Shown here in pieces: positions 61,266-64,000 of a stretch of DNA of 64,000 bases. A model generated the notes under the pieces. The model ran no database searches, was not told where the DNA came from, and worked only from the letters and a program-made list of their open reading frames with translations. How positions within the stretch are numbered: the stretch's first letter is position 1; every line of letters starts with the position of its first letter. The stretch spans positions 1,088,001-1,152,000 of the forward strand of contig CBDCVR010000015.1 in the NCBI GenBank assembly GCA_965223155.1, written 5' to 3'. The translations under genes were made by a program, and so were the position numbers. Origin of the DNA: Candidatus Multivoradales bacterium (lineage in GTDB: Bacteria > Acidobacteriota > Thermoanaerobaculia > Multivoradales > JAHEKO01).

Positions 61266-62575
61266 GCGGGACCGAAGGCCGTTCCGGCGCCGTCACGCTC
61301 GTCTACGGGATCGACGACCGGCCGCCGGTTTCCAAGGCCGTGCCCCTGGGCATCCAGCACGTGCTGGCGATGCTTCTCGGCAACATCACGACGCCGGTTC
61401 TGGTCGCCGCGGCGCTGTCGCTGGCGGTGACCGACAGCGCGGTCCTGATTCAGGCGGTTCTCTTCATGGCCGGGCTGGCGACCATCGTCCAGTCCTATCC
61501 GTTGGGTCCTGTGGGCGGCAGGATTCCGGTCGTCATGGGAACGTCGATCGCCTTTCTGGGGGCCATCGTGGGCGTGGCTCGTGAGTACGGCCTGGCGACG
61601 GTGTTTGGAGCCTGCCTCGCGGCCTCGGTGGTCGAGGTCGCTCTGGGCGCCTCGATCGCGCGCTGGCGCCGGGTCTTTCCGCCGCTCGTTACCGGCATCG
61701 TCGTCCTGTTGATCGGTCTGACGCTGATTCCGGTCGGGATGGACTACGCGGCAGGAGGCAAGGGCGCCGCCGACTACGCGTCGGCCACCAACTTGGGAAT
61801 CGCCGCGACCGTTCTCGTGGTGACCCTTCTGGCCAATCAGCTCGGCCGCGGTTTCGTGCGCGCGGCGAGCCTGCTGCTGGGAGTCCTCGTCGGCTACGGG
61901 TTGGCTCTGGCGGCCGGCCTGGTCGACTTCGCCCCGGTCGCCGAAGCCGCTTGGCTGGCCCCGCCCAGGCCCCTGGCGTTCGGCCTGGCCTTCGCACCCG
62001 CGCCGATCCTCCTCATGGCGTGCATCTACGTCATCTCGACCCTGGAAACCCTGGGCGACGTTTCCGGCACCCTGGCCGCGGCCGGACGCGAGCCGACGGT
62101 GGCCGAGCAGCGCGGGGCGCTTCTGGCCGACGGGGTCCTGAGCGGCGCGGCGGCGCTCTTCTCCGCCTTCCCCAACACCTCGTACTCGCAGAATGTCGGC
62201 TTGGTCAATTTCACCGGCGTGGCCAGCCGGCACGTCACAGCCATCGCCGGCATGGCCCTCGTGGCCCTGGGCCTGGTGCCCAAGGTGGGAGCGCTCTTTG
62301 CGACCATTCCGCCCGCGGTCATCGGCGGCGGCGGGCTCGTCATGTTCGCGATGATCTTCGCCTCGGGCTTTGGCATCCTGCACCGCTCGGTGGCGCTGTC
62401 TCAGCGGAATCTGGTGATTCTGGCGGTGGCCGTTGGGCTCGGCCTGGGGATCGAGCTGCGGCCGGAGGTCCTGGCGCTCGCGCCCGCTCAGATCCGGATG
62501 CTCTTCGGTTCGGGCCTGGTGACCGGCGGCCTCGCGGCCCTGGTCCTCAACCTGGCGCTGCCCGAGCGCGGCTGA
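61262..62575 (+). CDS. NCS2/NAT nucleobase permease (xanthine/uracil family)
   Basis: GIQHVLAM, FPPLVTG, ETLGD, SYSQNVGLVNFTGVASR signature; GTGA overlap with coxL-like gene. Confidence 0.92.
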   Translation: MSGTEGRSGAVTLVYGIDDRPPVSKAVPLGIQHVLAMLLGNITTPVLVAAALSLAVTDSAVLIQAVLFMAGLATIVQSYPLGPVGGRIPVVMGTSIAFLGAIVGVAREYGLATVFGACLAASVVEVALGASIARWRRVFPPLVTGIVVLLIGLTLIPVGMDYAAGGKGAADYASATNLGIAATVLVVTLLANQLGRGFVRAASLLLGVLVGYGLALAAGLVDFAPVAEAAWLAPPRPLAFGLAFAPAPILLMACIYVISTLETLGDVSGTLAAAGREPTVAEQRGALLADGVLSGAAALFSAFPNTSYSQNVGLVNFTGVASRHVTAIAGMALVALGLVPKVGALFATIPPAVIGGGGLVMFAMIFASGFGILHRSVALSQRNLVILAVAVGLGLGIELRPEVLALAPAQIRMLFGSGLVTGGLAALVLNLALPERG

Positions 62576-62588
62576 GCGGTGGCCCCTT

Positions 62589-63557
62589 CTACGCCGCGGT
62601 TTCGGAATCGAGCTCGGACTCGGACTCGGACTCGGCTTCGGCTTGGGCTGGAGTCCGGCTCGAGATTCGCAGAATCGCGCCGATCATGAGGACGGCGCCT
62701 CCGATCTGGAGCGGCGACAGAACCGATCCGTTGACCAGATAGTCGAAGACCACGGCCGAGAGCGGCAGACAGAGCTCGCAGATCGCGGAGACCCGGGCCG
62801 GCACCCGCTGGAGACCGAAGTAGTAGAGCAGGATGGCCGCGCTGCCGGTGGTAAGGGCGATGGTGACGATGACCGTCCAGTTGGCGGGGGTGACCTCGCG
62901 CAGCGGAAACCCGATCCCGGTCGCGGCCAAGAGGATGATGAGAAAGCCCGTGGTCAACCCGTAGCGCGCCAGCGTGGCCTCGCCGAAGCTGACCGAGCCC
63001 AGGATCTTCTTGCCGAAGACGGTGGCCGAGCCGAACGAGGCCGCCGCCAGCAAAGCGAAGGCCGCCGCTCGGGCCGAGGCCGCGCCGCCGGCCACGTCCG
63101 GCAGACTCCAGCCGAAGGTCAGGAGATATCCGCCCAGTATCGCCGCCGCCGCCCAGCCCAGGAAGCGCGGGCTCAGGCGCTCGCCGAGGAGCACCGCGGC
63201 GAGCGCGATGGCGAATACCGGCTGGAGCTTCTGAAGCAACACCACCACCGACAGCTGGTTGAAGTCCACCAGAAACAGCGCATGGACGATCGACAACGTA
63301 CCGACCACGCCGCCGGTGAGCGCGACAGCGATCAACGTCAGCCACTCGGACCATTCCAGAGCGCCGAGCCGGCGGTACGCGTGAGCCCCGGGCCGGGTGA
63401 AGGCCAGCTGCATCAAGGCGAAGGGCACGGCATGGACGAGGAAGACGACAAAGGGCACTGAAAGGTTGTGAAGCCGCGGCGTCAGCACGACCCCGTCGAG
63501 GCCCCAGAGGGCTGCAGCCAGGCAGATGGCGAGAGCGCCGAGTCTGGAGGGAGTCAT
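62589..63557 (-). CDS. DMT/EamA-family transporter
   Basis: AAALWG, LQKLQPVF...LA...LGE, two EamA repeats. Confidence 0.88.
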   Translation of the reverse strand: MTPSRLGALAICLAAALWGLDGVVLTPRLHNLSVPFVVFLVHAVPFALMQLAFTRPGAHAYRRLGALEWSEWLTLIAVALTGGVVGTLSIVHALFLVDFNQLSVVVLLQKLQPVFAIALAAVLLGERLSPRFLGWAAAAILGGYLLTFGWSLPDVAGGAASARAAAFALLAAASFGSATVFGKKILGSVSFGEATLARYGLTTGFLIILLAATGIGFPLREVTPANWTVIVTIALTTGSAAILLYYFGLQRVPARVSAICELCLPLSAVVFDYLVNGSVLSPLQIGGAVLMIGAILRISSRTPAQAEAESESESELDSETAA

Positions 63558-63696
63558 CGTGCCGCGGCCTCCGCGCATTGGTTCAGCTTGAACGGTGGCG
63601 GCGTAGGGAGTATCGGCATCGCTGGAAGCTCGGGTCGATCGTGGCTCGGCGCCACGGCGGCGCCGAGTATACGGCCGGGACCGCGGCTAGAAAGCG

Positions 63697-64000
63697 CTAT
63701 CTCGCTTCGGCTTGCTCCGGCTGACTTCTCTGCGCCGCGATCTCGACCGGCTCGAAGGCCCGCGCCGTCCAGCGATGGAGCCTAAGAGGCGCCGGATCGC
63801 TCCCCGCCTCGAGCGCGATCGCCACCAGATGACGATCGTCGGGAGCGGCCAGGACGAACTGCCAGCGCTCGGCTGCGACCTCGGCCTCCCGGGTGGGCCG
63901 GAAGCGAAGGCCGTCCGCCAGATCGAAGCGGGCGCCGCGCATGCGGAAGGGAATGCCCGAACCGGTGGCTTTGTAGAAGGCTTCCTTGAGAGTCCAGTAG
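63697..64000 (-). CDS. Sfp-type 4'-phosphopantetheinyl transferase, C-terminal part (runs off window)
   Basis: YWTLKEAFYKATGSG motif at the window end. Confidence 0.8.
   Translation of the reverse strand, partial: YWTLKEAFYKATGSGIPFRMRGARFDLADGLRFRPTREAEVAAERWQFVLAAPDDRHLVAIALEAGSDPAPLRLHRWTARAFEPVEIAAQRSQPEQAEAR

Overview
GC-rich bacterial chromosomal window, densely coding. The gene complement and lipoprotein/peptidase content suggest an Acidobacteriota-like environmental organism (inference). Housekeeping content includes bshB1/bshA, gap-pgk-tpiA-secG-tRNA-Leu(GAG), tsaD, xth, mscL, arfB, a moaB-like gene and an oxidoreductase-selD fusion. There are many secreted peptidases/hydrolases, an ECF42-type sigma factor with its DGPF/YciI partner, and a dispersed N-heterocycle catabolic cluster (CoxM/S-like, amidase, FdrA, DUF1116, tandem cyclase, CoxL-like, NCS2 permease). 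The most striking signal is an 896-bp recombinase-less cassette (52568-53463) inserted into that cluster. It carries hicA-hicB, a frameshifted RHH gene and a small CxxC ORF. It is bounded by 11-bp inverted arms and a duplicated 7-bp AGTTTGA. The left junction is a perfect 11-7-11 palindromic site, GGTAGTGGGTC-AGTTTGA-GACCCACTACC. Many operon-first genes also look leaderless (TANNNT 5-8 nt before the start codon). All family calls are from motif recognition, not database searches.
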